This document shows positions 17,614 to 28,307 of a stretch of 34,043 nt of DNA, in pieces. Position 1 is the first letter of the stretch, and each line of letters opens with the position of its first letter. Where the stretch lies: IMG/VR virus record IMGVR_UViG_3300021387_000016; one strand, 5' to 3'. Origin of the DNA: an uncultured virus (IMG/VR IMGVR_UViG_3300021387_000016). Taxonomy: Duplodnaviria > Heunggongvirae > Uroviricota > Caudoviricetes. A model generated the notes under the pieces. The model was not told the origin of the DNA. It made no database searches and saw only the letters and a list, made by a program, of their open reading frames with translations. Made by a program: the position numbers and the translations under genes.

Positions 17614-17644
17614 CAAGGGGCTGTCCGGTTGGACGGCCCTTTTT
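17614..17644 (+). terminator. Intrinsic terminator
   Basis: AAGGGGCTGTCC-GGTT-GGACGGCCCTT plus T-run. Confidence 0.7.
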
Positions 17645-17671
17645 GGTATTAAAAGGGAAAGGAATATTAAT

Positions 17672-18010
17672 ATGAGCAGATTTTTTACAATCAACGAAAA
17701 AAGATATCAGGCAAAACCATTTGATTTTAATACAGTATGCGACCTTGAAGATAATGGAGTATCGCTTCAGGACATGTCCAAGAAACCTATGAGCATGGCA
17801 AGAGCATATTTTGCACTTTGCCTTAATGGTGACAAAGAAAAGGCTGGAAAAGAAATCCAGGAGCATGTCATGCATGGCGGTGATTTCAATGAATTATATA
17901 CTGCTATGGGTGAAGAGCTAAATGAATCTGATTTTTTTCAGGCTCTCAACCAGAAGCAGAACGAGGAAACTCCGGAAGTGGAGATCAAAGAAGAGAAGAA
18001 AGCAAAGTAA
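17672..18010 (+). CDS. Tail assembly chaperone (gpG-like)
   Basis: Between tube and tape measure genes; contains slippery GAT TTT TTT CAG (T7 at 17932-17938). Confidence 0.8.
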   Translation: MSRFFTINEKRYQAKPFDFNTVCDLEDNGVSLQDMSKKPMSMARAYFALCLNGDKEKAGKEIQEHVMHGGDFNELYTAMGEELNESDFFQALNQKQNEETPEVEIKEEKKAK

Positions 18011-18405
18011 AATACACGTCCTTAAGACGGAAGTATGAAGCGGAGCTTGTGCCTCAGATGATGGTAATGGGAGTAAGCTATAACGAATTTTGGAAGCTTA
18101 CTCCACGGCAAGTAAAGGTTATTGCCGAAGGGTATAAATTAAAACATCAGGTGGATGATGAGCAGGCATGGATTGTTGGTGGTTATGTATTTGAAGCTGT
18201 TTCTTTGGCACTTGGTAATTCCTTTAGAAAGAAGTTTCAGAAGCCGAAGGATTATTACAAGGATACAAAACCAATATCCAAGCGAGTTGAAGATTTACCT
18301 GACGAAAACGGACTTACAGAAGAATACAAGAAAGAAAAGACAAAATTACTCTTTAAAAATCTTGAAATCATGGCAGCTAACTACAGATTAAATAATGGGA
18401 AGTAA
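17932..18405 (+). CDS. Tail assembly chaperone gpT part (via -1 frameshift)
   Basis: The -1 frame is open from the T7 tract to 18405; MGVSYNEFWKLTPRQVK motif typical of gpT-like domains. Confidence 0.75.
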   Translation, partial: FFSGSQPEAERGNSGSGDQRREESKVKYTSLRRKYEAELVPQMMVMGVSYNEFWKLTPRQVKVIAEGYKLKHQVDDEQAWIVGGYVFEAVSLALGNSFRKKFQKPKDYYKDTKPISKRVEDLPDENGLTEEYKKEKTKLLFKNLEIMAANYRLNNGK

Positions 18406-18430
18406 GGTGTTACAGCCTTACTTCTTTTTT
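18397..18430 (+). terminator. Terminator with TGTTACAG loop
   Basis: GGGAAGTAAGG-TGTTACAG-CCTTACTTCTT plus T-run. Confidence 0.7.
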
Positions 18431-18447
18431 ACGAAAGGGATGAAGAG

Positions 18448-21400
18448 ATGCCTACAAATCTTGATACTCTACAAATTGAAATAAAGAGTTCAGCCACAGA
18501 TGCATCGAGTGCAATTAAGAATCTCGAATCAGCCCTTAAAAACTTAAACAAGCAGCTTGACCTTAAGGATGGCACAAAACTAGTAACAATACTTAATACA
18601 CTCTCTGGTTCTGCTAACGATTTTTCTACAAAAATAAATAACATAACCGGAAGCGGTTTTAATAAAGTTACTAAAGGAGCTGAAAATGCACAAAAAGCTA
18701 TTCAGCAACTAAAGAAAGAAGGAGAGGATCTTCAAAAAACACTAGAAGGTTTTCATACTCCTGATTTAGACAAAGCGTTTGGCCTTGCGTTTTCCAAGAA
18801 GAGAATTTTAGGTGAAGATGCTGCAAAAGGCAACCCCAAAATTACGGAAACCGGATTTATTATTCCAAATTGGGATGACTCTGCGCCGCAAAGAGTAGCT
18901 GAAGCTGTACAAAATATTACCCAAAAGGCGAAAGATCTTAACGAAGAAATGGATGCTTTCCATTTCCCTGATTTTGGTAATGAATTAAAAGAAGCAGATA
19001 CTTTTGGAAAAATCGCTAACCAGGCACAAAATGCAAGTAATTCTATAGGTGATGCCGTCGAAAATATCCGTAAATTTAAAGCACTGATTTCTGGCATGGA
19101 GAGCGGAAAAATTAAGTTTAACGAAGAAGATTACGCTCGATATATAAAAGGCTTAAACGAAGCTGAAACTGCTGTGAAAAATTATAAGCAGGCCCTAACG
19201 GAAAAGATGCCTGAACCAGAACCGCTTAAATCTAAAACACTTATCGGTGATTTTCTGCCCCAATTACTTGTATTAGGAGAAAAAATAGAAGAAATATCCG
19301 GTAAATTTAATAATCTGGCTGATAAAGGAGTTTCTTTATTTAAAAAATTAATTACTCCGCTTAAAATGGCTGCGAGCGAATATGTTGAGAAGTTTGAGCA
19401 TATGAAAGCTTCGGTAGAAGGCTTTAAACAGCACTTTGAGAAGAGTCTTACTAAAATGTCGCAATTTTGGAAACGAACAATGCGTACATTTACATTTATG
19501 ATTATCCGTAAAGCTTTTACGGCTGTCATTAAAGAAGTTGGAAATGCAATACAGTCTCTGGCCATGTATTCAAATGCAATGGGTACAGCATTTAATACCG
19601 ACTTGTCAAACATGGTTGCTGATTTTCAATATGTTGGACGTGCTATTGTAAGTGCTTTTGCTCCGTTACTTAGCATTGTTGGGCCTATCATTGATGCTAT
19701 AACCAGCAAAATTGCAACCCTGCTTACATATATCGGAATGTTATTTTCACTTCTTGGTGGAAAGACAACATTTACAAAGCCTAAAAAGAACGTAGATAAC
19801 TACGCAGAATCACTTGATAATGCCAGTAAGTCAGCCAAGAATCTTACGATGGGTATTGACGAGCTGAACATCATTTCTGAAAACAAGAGTAGTGGTGGAA
19901 GTTCGAAGCCTTTTGATGGATGGGAAGATGCATGGGAAGAAATGCAGATACCACAATGGCTTAAGGATTTGTTTGATTGGCTTAAAAATCTGTTTAAGAG
20001 ATTCTTTGATCCACTTAAGGAAGCATGGAATAGAGCAAAACAGTATCTTATTGATGGTTTTAAGACCATGATGGACTCTATTCTTCGTCTGTTGTGGCAT
20101 ATGCTTGATGACTTCCTTACAATGTGGAATCAGGAAAAAACTATCCGCATGTTTGAGATGATGCTTAGAATTGTGGGTGACTTAATGAGAGTTGTCCGCA
20201 ATTTGGCTAATCAGTTCGATAAGGCTTGGCAAAAGGGTAAAGTAGGTTTACGCATATTTGAAAACTTAAGAGATATTCTTGCAACAATTGTGGATCATGT
20301 AAGAAATGTTTCGTATTACATGATTGGTTGGGCTGATAGCATGAACTTTAGCCCATTGCTTGAATCCTTTGAACTCCTGACAAGAAAGATGGTTAAACTT
20401 GCAGATTTCCTTGGTGGAATATTTGAAGACATCATGATCGAAGGTGTTCTTAAGTACATTAAATTCCTTATAGAAGATGCTATCCCACACCTTCAGGAAA
20501 CACTTGCTGAGATAATAGATACCTTTAATTTCAATGCGCTTAGAGAGAAGTTGAGACCACTTTGGTCAGCTATTGAGGAAGTACTTGAGCAAATTCACAC
20601 AGGTGTCACAAACACTATTGGAAACCTTGGAAAAGAAATCGCACGTTTTACCAATTCGGAAGAATTTACTGATTTTCTTCAAAGAATTGTGGATATATTA
20701 AATCTCATAACCGCTGAGAGAGTCGAAAAGATTCTGACCGGAATAGGTAAAGGGATACTTGCTATTGCCAAATCTATTATCAAGTTTATTAATAGTGAGC
20801 CTTTCATGAAATTCCTACAGGCTATTGCGGATTGGATTGATAATCATTCAGTAGACCAGATTGCAGGAATTCTTGAAAAAATAGCTAATGCGATTCTGCT
20901 ATTCAAATTTGGAGCATTTGCAACCGAAAAGATTGCTGGCTTCCTTAAGTTTTTTGCGGCAATTAAAGCACTTCAAGACCTAGCAACAATAGCTAGTGGA
21001 TTTAAAGAGTTAGGTGCTGGTATGGAAGGAGCTGCATCAGGAGCAGGCGCACTTGCAGTTGCAGGCGAAGGTCTTTTGATTGTCTTTGGCGAAGTTGTTG
21101 GTATCCTAGCTCTTAAGGGAGAGTTTGACCTTATTAAGGATGCCACTTATAGATTATCTGAGGGGGTTGAAACTTTATCAGATAAATTTAAAGTGCTCGC
21201 GGAAATCCTTGGTGGGCTGCACTTAGGAAATTTTGCAAGTAATATTCTTGGGCCAGTAGGAATATTGGCAAGTAAGCTCCTTGAACTTTCAGGTATTATG
21301 AATGGACTTAGTGCATCCAACTTTGAATCAGTTATGGATGCTGTTCTAACAAAGGGCGATACCACTGTAGCAATGGTCAAGGATTGGTTTTCTGGTGTAA

Positions 21401-24240
21401 CCGCAGATGTTCAGCAGAATGTTCAGACCTGGACGGATACAATTAGAAACCTTACTCAAGATGAAGGTGATCTTGCAAATTATTCACAGACTCTTGAAAC
21501 TCTTGAATCTGCTTTCCGTGGAACAACGGATATGACTGTATTATCTTCGAAGATTCTTACACAGAAGTATCAGGATATGACTACTGCAATAGATAATTAT
21601 GTAATGCAGAGTACTGATGCATTAAAGAAAGAACTGGAAGACAACAGAGAATATTATGAGTCAAAAGGCAAGAATGTTGATGACATGATTGCCAAAATTG
21701 ATAAACAAGCTGAAGAAGAAATGCAGATTTATCAAAAGACTCAAGAAGCAGTTAATAACTCAGCCAAAGCATATGAAGATGCAGTTGAGAAATATGGTTA
21801 TGGTTCAAAGAAAGCAGAAGAGGCTTATAAGACTTATGAAGATGCAGTAACTAAACACATTGATGCTATTAAGGACTATCGTACTGAAACTGAAAAGATT
21901 GATACAACATATGCTTCTCAACAGATTGAGAAACTAGGAAAGAGCCTTGATCTTAGTCAATATTCAAATATGGAAGATGCTGCATCTGACATTAAAGGTG
22001 CACTTGAAGAAATTAGAGTCACATATGAAAAAGAGCTATCTTCTGTAAATTCAACTGTTGAAGAAAAAATGGCCTTTCTTAAAGAGCAGTTTGAGAAAGG
22101 ACGCATTGACCAGGAAGAGTACGATATAGGTCTTAAAGCTCTTGCAGAAAAAGCAGAAGAAGATGGAAATACTCTTACTGAAGCATACCAAGAAGCCCTT
22201 GATTTATTTGACCAACAGCTTGCGGCTAAGTTAGAAGATGTTAAGACTAATGCTGAAGCAGAATGGGAAGAAGCTAATCCAATTAAGCGTTTCTTTATGG
22301 GAAGCAGTAAAGATGCTTATGTTGCTTCTCAAATGCAGACATATGTAGATGAAATGCTTGGTGAAAGTGGACTTGCTGGTGAATTGCAAGCCGCTTTTGA
22401 AAAATTGCCAGGTGATATTGAACCTGTAGCTTCACAGTCAATGTCTCAGATAGTTGAAGATACAAGTTCAGTATTTAATACTTGGGATCAGGTAATAAAT
22501 GCAGATAGCCTTAAAGAAGCGGTAGGCAATGTATTTAATAGTGCAGGAGAAAAGGTTTCTGAATGGGGCGCTGAAAAGAGAGAATCTATTTCTACATGGG
22601 TTGAAGAAACAAAGACGAGTCTTACCGAAAAGCTCGGACTTATGAGAGATAGTGTCGAACAATCATTTGATAGCCTTCCTGAAGCGATTGGTTACGCTCT
22701 AGGTTTTGTTTCTGGAAAGCTAATAGAATGGGGTGCTGAACTAATTGCCTGGGCTGAAACAAATATTCCTCTGTTTGTAGATAGCGTTGTAGAGTTCTTT
22801 GCTACACTTCCTGGTAAAATTTGGGAAAAACTGGTAGAAGTTAAAGCAAAGTTTGATGAGTGGAAAACTGAGCTTATTACCTGGGTAACAACTGAAATAC
22901 CTTTGATAGTAGATGTAATTCTTAAGTTCTTTGGTGAAATTCCTACCAAACTATATAACTTAGGAACAGATATCATAAATGGTCTCTTAAATGGTATCAA
23001 AGATGCTTGGGAAGCCTTGAAAGGTGGTGTAAAAGAATTTTGCGACGGATTCTTACAAGGTTTCAAAGATGCTTTAGGTATTGCTTCCCCTTCAAAAGAA
23101 GCTGAGACAATCGGAGATTATGTTATTGAAGGTTTGTTTTTACCATTTACTAAAGATCAGACATCTACATTAAAGGTATTTGTAAATGCATTCTTGGATG
23201 TATTTAGGGTTAATTTAAGCCCCGACAAATTTACTGTATATGGTAACAATGTTATTCAAGGGTTAATACAACCGCTAACTAACTCTTCAAGCCAGTTTGT
23301 AACAGCTGTTAATCAGATTTTTGTCGTGATAACAGAAACAATACTTACAAACATTCAAACCCTTGGTGTAGCTTTAACTGAAGCTCTTACAACATTTGTT
23401 GCAACATATATTTTACCTTTCTTTGACTTGGAGATGTGGCAGCCTATTCTTGATAACCTCATGAATGCAGTATTTATTCCTAACTTTGAACTGTTTAGGA
23501 CTTGGTTTACTGAGTCAATGACAGTTTGGTGGGAAGAAGATGTATTATTCTGGTTCACTAATGAAAAATGGGATGGAGATATCTTCACACCACTTGCTGA
23601 TAACATTCATGAGCATTGGAATACATTCTCAAGTTGGTGGGATACCACAATGAATGCATGGTGGAACAACCAGGTAGTCCCATGGTTTGCTAAAGCTAAA
23701 TGGTTAGAGCAATTCAAACATATTCTTGAGGCTGCGAAAGAAACTTTTGAAGAAATCAAAAGGATAATAACTGAGCAGATAAATGAAGCTCAACAGGCAG
23801 TTTCAGATGCTTGTGAAACAATGAAAGCATCTATAGCGGAAGTAATAACAGCTATTGGTGAACTGATGGATGCTCTCTCAGGACTTGAAGGACTTGGTGG
23901 ACTTGAAGGTGGCAAATTCACAATTGCATTTGGTGGTGGTGCTCCTAAATTTGCCGAAGGTGGTTTCCCAACAAGAGGTTCTCTTTTCTGGGCAGGGGAA
24001 CAAGGCCCAGAACTTTTGGGTTCTATTGGTGGACATACTGCGGTAGCATCTAATGATGAAATCACAGGAATTGCTAATGCGGTGTATGCAACAGGTAATA
24101 CTGAGGCAGAACTTCTTGGTCAGCTTATCACTGTTACAAGGATGATGCTTGATAAAGACCCTGTAGTAATTTCCGATAAGGAAATAGCAAGGATGAATCT
24201 TAGCGGACAGAACAAGTTAGGAATGAGTATTATAACATAA
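18448..24240 (+). CDS. Tape measure protein
   Basis: 1930 aa, helical, LDTLQIEIKS N-terminus, MGIDELNII, periodic W/F repeats, C-terminal PKFAEGGFPTRGSLFWAGEQGPEL. Confidence 0.93.
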   Translation: MPTNLDTLQIEIKSSATDASSAIKNLESALKNLNKQLDLKDGTKLVTILNTLSGSANDFSTKINNITGSGFNKVTKGAENAQKAIQQLKKEGEDLQKTLEGFHTPDLDKAFGLAFSKKRILGEDAAKGNPKITETGFIIPNWDDSAPQRVAEAVQNITQKAKDLNEEMDAFHFPDFGNELKEADTFGKIANQAQNASNSIGDAVENIRKFKALISGMESGKIKFNEEDYARYIKGLNEAETAVKNYKQALTEKMPEPEPLKSKTLIGDFLPQLLVLGEKIEEISGKFNNLADKGVSLFKKLITPLKMAASEYVEKFEHMKASVEGFKQHFEKSLTKMSQFWKRTMRTFTFMIIRKAFTAVIKEVGNAIQSLAMYSNAMGTAFNTDLSNMVADFQYVGRAIVSAFAPLLSIVGPIIDAITSKIATLLTYIGMLFSLLGGKTTFTKPKKNVDNYAESLDNASKSAKNLTMGIDELNIISENKSSGGSSKPFDGWEDAWEEMQIPQWLKDLFDWLKNLFKRFFDPLKEAWNRAKQYLIDGFKTMMDSILRLLWHMLDDFLTMWNQEKTIRMFEMMLRIVGDLMRVVRNLANQFDKAWQKGKVGLRIFENLRDILATIVDHVRNVSYYMIGWADSMNFSPLLESFELLTRKMVKLADFLGGIFEDIMIEGVLKYIKFLIEDAIPHLQETLAEIIDTFNFNALREKLRPLWSAIEEVLEQIHTGVTNTIGNLGKEIARFTNSEEFTDFLQRIVDILNLITAERVEKILTGIGKGILAIAKSIIKFINSEPFMKFLQAIADWIDNHSVDQIAGILEKIANAILLFKFGAFATEKIAGFLKFFAAIKALQDLATIASGFKELGAGMEGAASGAGALAVAGEGLLIVFGEVVGILALKGEFDLIKDATYRLSEGVETLSDKFKVLAEILGGLHLGNFASNILGPVGILASKLLELSGIMNGLSASNFESVMDAVLTKGDTTVAMVKDWFSGVTADVQQNVQTWTDTIRNLTQDEGDLANYSQTLETLESAFRGTTDMTVLSSKILTQKYQDMTTAIDNYVMQSTDALKKELEDNREYYESKGKNVDDMIAKIDKQAEEEMQIYQKTQEAVNNSAKAYEDAVEKYGYGSKKAEEAYKTYEDAVTKHIDAIKDYRTETEKIDTTYASQQIEKLGKSLDLSQYSNMEDAASDIKGALEEIRVTYEKELSSVNSTVEEKMAFLKEQFEKGRIDQEEYDIGLKALAEKAEEDGNTLTEAYQEALDLFDQQLAAKLEDVKTNAEAEWEEANPIKRFFMGSSKDAYVASQMQTYVDEMLGESGLAGELQAAFEKLPGDIEPVASQSMSQIVEDTSSVFNTWDQVINADSLKEAVGNVFNSAGEKVSEWGAEKRESISTWVEETKTSLTEKLGLMRDSVEQSFDSLPEAIGYALGFVSGKLIEWGAELIAWAETNIPLFVDSVVEFFATLPGKIWEKLVEVKAKFDEWKTELITWVTTEIPLIVDVILKFFGEIPTKLYNLGTDIINGLLNGIKDAWEALKGGVKEFCDGFLQGFKDALGIASPSKEAETIGDYVIEGLFLPFTKDQTSTLKVFVNAFLDVFRVNLSPDKFTVYGNNVIQGLIQPLTNSSSQFVTAVNQIFVVITETILTNIQTLGVALTEALTTFVATYILPFFDLEMWQPILDNLMNAVFIPNFELFRTWFTESMTVWWEEDVLFWFTNEKWDGDIFTPLADNIHEHWNTFSSWWDTTMNAWWNNQVVPWFAKAKWLEQFKHILEAAKETFEEIKRIITEQINEAQQAVSDACETMKASIAEVITAIGELMDALSGLEGLGGLEGGKFTIAFGGGAPKFAEGGFPTRGSLFWAGEQGPELLGSIGGHTAVASNDEITGIANAVYATGNTEAELLGQLITVTRMMLDKDPVVISDKEIARMNLSGQNKLGMSIIT

Positions 24241-24245
24241 GTCAA

Positions 24246-24278
24246 GGCGGTCAGATGTCAAAGTCTGGCCGCTTTTTA
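24246..24278 (+). terminator. Terminator with TGTCAAAG loop
   Basis: GGCGGTCAGA-TGTCAAAG-TCTGGCCGCT plus T-run. Confidence 0.75.
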
Positions 24279-24293
24279 TTGGAGGTGTTAACT

Positions 24294-24695
24294 ATGGCAT
24301 TTCTTGAGATCAATGGAGTAGAAGTCCCTTGCCCAAGTGCAGGACTACAAATCATATTGAGTGATGCGGTTAACTCCGGACGTAATGCCAATGCGGAAGT
24401 TATCGCAGAGAAAGTTGGTAAGACCAATATAAAGTATAACGAACTTAAGTGGGTATGGCTTACAAGGGATGAATGGGGACTAATTTGTTCCCTTTTTTCA
24501 AATTTCTTTGTGGTGGCAAAGGTATGGAATCCGGCAACTAACGGATTTGTAAATATTAAGATGTATCCAGGTGATAGGTCTGCGGAAGTTTATTGGACGG
24601 AAAAAGACGGAGTTACACCAAAGAATTTTAAAGATTGCAAGGTAAATATTATTGATTGCGGAATCGTAGGAACAAGTTTCAATCCTAATGCGTGA
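24294..24695 (+). CDS. Distal tail (Dit-like) protein
   Basis: GGAGGT SD before ATG 24294; ING...P.P...VNSGRNAN...MYPGDRSA; follows the tape measure gene. Confidence 0.7.
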   Translation: MAFLEINGVEVPCPSAGLQIILSDAVNSGRNANAEVIAEKVGKTNIKYNELKWVWLTRDEWGLICSLFSNFFVVAKVWNPATNGFVNIKMYPGDRSAEVYWTEKDGVTPKNFKDCKVNIIDCGIVGTSFNPNA

Positions 24696-24703
24696 GGCTA
24701 CCA

Positions 24704-27427
24704 ATGCAGAGAACAAGCAGAGCATACAAAACAGAACAAAAGGGATATTTGCGTAATGAGCAATATATATTTGTTTATCTTGGAGTAATCTCAAGAGAGG
24801 CACAGGCAAATGCATCTGCTCATGGCAATTTTACTATATACTCTGATTCAGAATCTCTTTTTAGCAATGTTAATTTTGAAGCATACTATGCAACCGCAGA
24901 ACAAAACATGGCAAGGTGTGATGCATCACAATATTTTATGCCAAGAGATAGTGCGAAGTTTGCATTGTATCAGGGACTTGTTACACAGGATATTTTAGGC
25001 ACTGTAACGTTTAGATTTGGCTCTTATAAGCATCTTAATATAAAAGGTCTTACTTTTGATTTTGGTGACTTTTACCCCACAAATTTTACGATTTCGAACG
25101 GCCATGAGAGCTATACATATATATATGAAAATGATGCTCCTGGCAAGTGGGTTACTGAGGATGAATTCCTTGACACCGAGTTTATAAAGATTACGGTTCA
25201 TTCCATGGTTGGAGGAATCCAAAGACTTAGAATATTGTCTGCACTTTTTGGTGTTGGATTCATGTTTGATAACAAATCTCTTATTTCTACTTCATGGAAA
25301 TCAGAGGTTGCACACTTATCAGATAGTCTTCCTTCCAAGGCTTTTTCTTTTACTATTGATAACCTTAGTAGGAAGTTTTCAGCAGATAACCCTCATTCAT
25401 TTGTTGCATTCCTTGAAGAACAACAGGACGTACAGTTTGAGTTCGGAAGAAAAATGGATGACGGTACAATTTATAGGATACCGGGAGGCAAACTGAACCT
25501 TAATTCTTGGTCGAGTGATGATACACAGGCCAAGTTTACAGCGGTTGGCTACATGGATTATTCCACTGCTACTTATAATAAGGGACAGTATTATCCAGAT
25601 GGTATTTCTTTGTTTGATTTGGCAGTTGATGTCTGTGAGGATGCAGGGTATGAGGATTACATAATAGATACATACCTTAAGAAGATCATTACACACAATC
25701 CTCTTCCGGTTGAAAAACATAAGAATTTGCTGCAACTTATAGCCAATGCATCCATGGCAATCTTAAGGGAAACAAGAGATGGTCGAATCGAGATTAAGAC
25801 ATCTTTTATCCCTGAAATAATAGATATATCTGATAATGGACATACGGATAATTCTCATATTGAGAACATTGTAGAGATAAACGAATCATACAATGAATAC
25901 GCTAGTGCTGAACTTGATTTCTCATATGCAGACGGGCATCAATATTTCAGACCAAGAAATGCTGAAACAGGACTTATCCCTGCTGGTTATGTTTCAAGTG
26001 CGATATCTACTGCAAGTGGTGATTTTGAAGGAGAAACAGACAATTACCTTCACTTTGTATATGATGATGGAACAATAGTAGGAATTACCTTTAATGACGG
26101 AATAATGGAAGTCACAAAGGGACGTTTCCTTAGTGATGGTATTTCTGTAGCATTTAACGAGAAATCTACAAATAATCCTAAACTGACAATTGCTTGGGAA
26201 GCGGCATGGACGTTTTTTAATCTGACAATGATATTCTCAGACGTATATCCTAAGACAGTTGTTATTCATACATATAAGGATGATATAGAAATTGAGTCCT
26301 TTACAATAGAAGATACCATTGAGCTTACTACTCTTGTTAACCATGATTTCTATGATATTGACAAGATCATGTTTGAGTTTGTAGAGACCAATCCTTATCA
26401 AAGAATTCACCTTGGAAAAATTATCTTTGGTGATATCACTGATTATTGCATTGACTATAGGGATATGGCTACATCTCCTACAGCGGTAAGAACTGACTTT
26501 ATCAAGAATGTAAATGTGGTTTATACAGAGTTCACATACGGAACAGAAGTTAAGACCGCAGGAACGGTTAACGCAGTTGAAGGTGAAAACACAACTGAGT
26601 TTAGAAAAGCCTACCATGATTATTCATTATCTTATAAAGAAATTAAGGATGATGATGAAGACTATACAAAGGCAAGCAAAATATTCGTTGATGAACTTCC
26701 TTCTCTTGAAGATGCCAAGTCAAGTACTCGTTATTTTGTTCCGACAGGTACAGATGGTCAGTACTATGAATATATGGTAAAGACAGAGGATAAGGTTAAG
26801 TCTTGGGAACTTAAGGATACTGTATCAGAAACAATAGTAAGCAGTTTGCCAGGAACACTTGCACTTCATACATTATATGTTGTTGAAACAGATACAGAAC
26901 TTATATATCACCTGTATTTGATGGAGCAAACTAATAACGAAAATACGATATATTCACTTGGATATCAGGTCAGAGGAACGCTTACGATAGTAGAAAGTGG
27001 AGCTTACTACATTACATTTACTACTAATGTAGCGACACCTGTTACTATCTCTGGAATAGAATTCATTATCAATGAGCTGACTTATACTAATCAGCTTAAT
27101 GAAGTAGGAATTGATAAAACTGCGACTAATGTACTGATTGATAATGTTGACCAAGCCGAGAAGGAGTGTGATTGGCTTACTGAGTATTACAATAATGATG
27201 TTGAATACAAGATACAGTATCGTGGTGAGCCTGCACTCGATCCTGATGACCAAATCTATACTGAGAACAAGTTTGTAGAACGAAACCTCATAAGAATAAC
27301 ATCTACACAGATTGATACGTCCGCTGGTATGAGTATGACATGTACACTCACAGGCAGACGTATTTCTTATGTTGAGGCGGCAAGAGTTGATTATGCAATA
27401 GTAGATCAGAGCGAGGTACAAGAATGA
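24704..27427 (+). CDS. Baseplate hub / Tal-like protein
   Basis: ~907 aa; SLPSK.FSFTIDN, NPLPVEKHKNLLQLIANA, YRGEPALDPDD; internally duplicated beta domains. Confidence 0.7.
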   Translation: MQRTSRAYKTEQKGYLRNEQYIFVYLGVISREAQANASAHGNFTIYSDSESLFSNVNFEAYYATAEQNMARCDASQYFMPRDSAKFALYQGLVTQDILGTVTFRFGSYKHLNIKGLTFDFGDFYPTNFTISNGHESYTYIYENDAPGKWVTEDEFLDTEFIKITVHSMVGGIQRLRILSALFGVGFMFDNKSLISTSWKSEVAHLSDSLPSKAFSFTIDNLSRKFSADNPHSFVAFLEEQQDVQFEFGRKMDDGTIYRIPGGKLNLNSWSSDDTQAKFTAVGYMDYSTATYNKGQYYPDGISLFDLAVDVCEDAGYEDYIIDTYLKKIITHNPLPVEKHKNLLQLIANASMAILRETRDGRIEIKTSFIPEIIDISDNGHTDNSHIENIVEINESYNEYASAELDFSYADGHQYFRPRNAETGLIPAGYVSSAISTASGDFEGETDNYLHFVYDDGTIVGITFNDGIMEVTKGRFLSDGISVAFNEKSTNNPKLTIAWEAAWTFFNLTMIFSDVYPKTVVIHTYKDDIEIESFTIEDTIELTTLVNHDFYDIDKIMFEFVETNPYQRIHLGKIIFGDITDYCIDYRDMATSPTAVRTDFIKNVNVVYTEFTYGTEVKTAGTVNAVEGENTTEFRKAYHDYSLSYKEIKDDDEDYTKASKIFVDELPSLEDAKSSTRYFVPTGTDGQYYEYMVKTEDKVKSWELKDTVSETIVSSLPGTLALHTLYVVETDTELIYHLYLMEQTNNENTIYSLGYQVRGTLTIVESGAYYITFTTNVATPVTISGIEFIINELTYTNQLNEVGIDKTATNVLIDNVDQAEKECDWLTEYYNNDVEYKIQYRGEPALDPDDQIYTENKFVERNLIRITSTQIDTSAGMSMTCTLTGRRISYVEAARVDYAIVDQSEVQE

Positions 27428-28305
27428 GTTACCAAAAGCATTTATGGGTAAGTAAAGAGATTATTACTTCTAAGAACTTAAACCACCTTGAGGATGGAGT
27501 ATATCAGGAAGAGCAAAGAGCAATACTTGCAGAACAAAACTTAACTCAATCTGTTGGTTCAGAAACTCTAAGAGCCGAAAGTGCTGAATCAGCCTTATCT
27601 ACAAGAGTAGGTGCTACAGAAAATGCAATAACAACTCTAAATGGAAATGACCAGGTAGTAGGGAGTGTTGATTACAAGATTGCTCAAGCCACTACTGATA
27701 TAGGTGGTTATAAAGTAGTTATGGATCATACCGCAGTGTCTAACCCATCTAATAAGTATATCTACCTTGAACCTGATAATTCAGCAACAGGTACAGATAA
27801 GTTCAGCGAGTGGGTATGGACGGACTATGATAATCCAGGTACTTTCAGTTGGAAGTGTACAGGTGAGGTTTCACTTGATTTATCTGGGTATGTGCAGAAA
27901 ACAGATTATGCTACAACGAGTGTTGCAGGTGTGGTTAAGCCTGATGGAACAACAATTACCGTTAATAATGGTGTGATTTCTTCCAATGCTATTGGTGGTG
28001 TATCTTCATTTAATGGAAGAACAGGAGCGGTTAATCCTGCAAATGGCGATTATTCATACTCTCAAATATCAGATACACCTACACTAGGAAGCGCAGCGGC
28101 TCTTGATGTACCTACATCAGGTAATGCATCATCGTCACAGGTAGTTAAGGGTGACGACTCAAGATTATCTAATGCAAGAACACCGACATCTCATACTCAT
28201 ACCAAGAGTCAGATTACAGATTTCCCTACTATTCCAGGTGGTGTGAAGATTGGTACTACAAGAGCAAATGCAACTGATACAACACTGTATTTCATAAGGA
28301 GTTGA
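27424..28305 (+). CDS. Tail fibre / upper baseplate protein
   Basis: W...EIIT...LNHLEDGV N-terminus, coiled coil, VSSFNGRTGAV, DDSRLSNARTPTSHTHTKSQITDFP fibre motifs. Confidence 0.75.
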   Translation: MSYQKHLWVSKEIITSKNLNHLEDGVYQEEQRAILAEQNLTQSVGSETLRAESAESALSTRVGATENAITTLNGNDQVVGSVDYKIAQATTDIGGYKVVMDHTAVSNPSNKYIYLEPDNSATGTDKFSEWVWTDYDNPGTFSWKCTGEVSLDLSGYVQKTDYATTSVAGVVKPDGTTITVNNGVISSNAIGGVSSFNGRTGAVNPANGDYSYSQISDTPTLGSAAALDVPTSGNASSSQVVKGDDSRLSNARTPTSHTHTKSQITDFPTIPGGVKIGTTRANATDTTLYFIRS

Positions 28306-28307
28306 AT

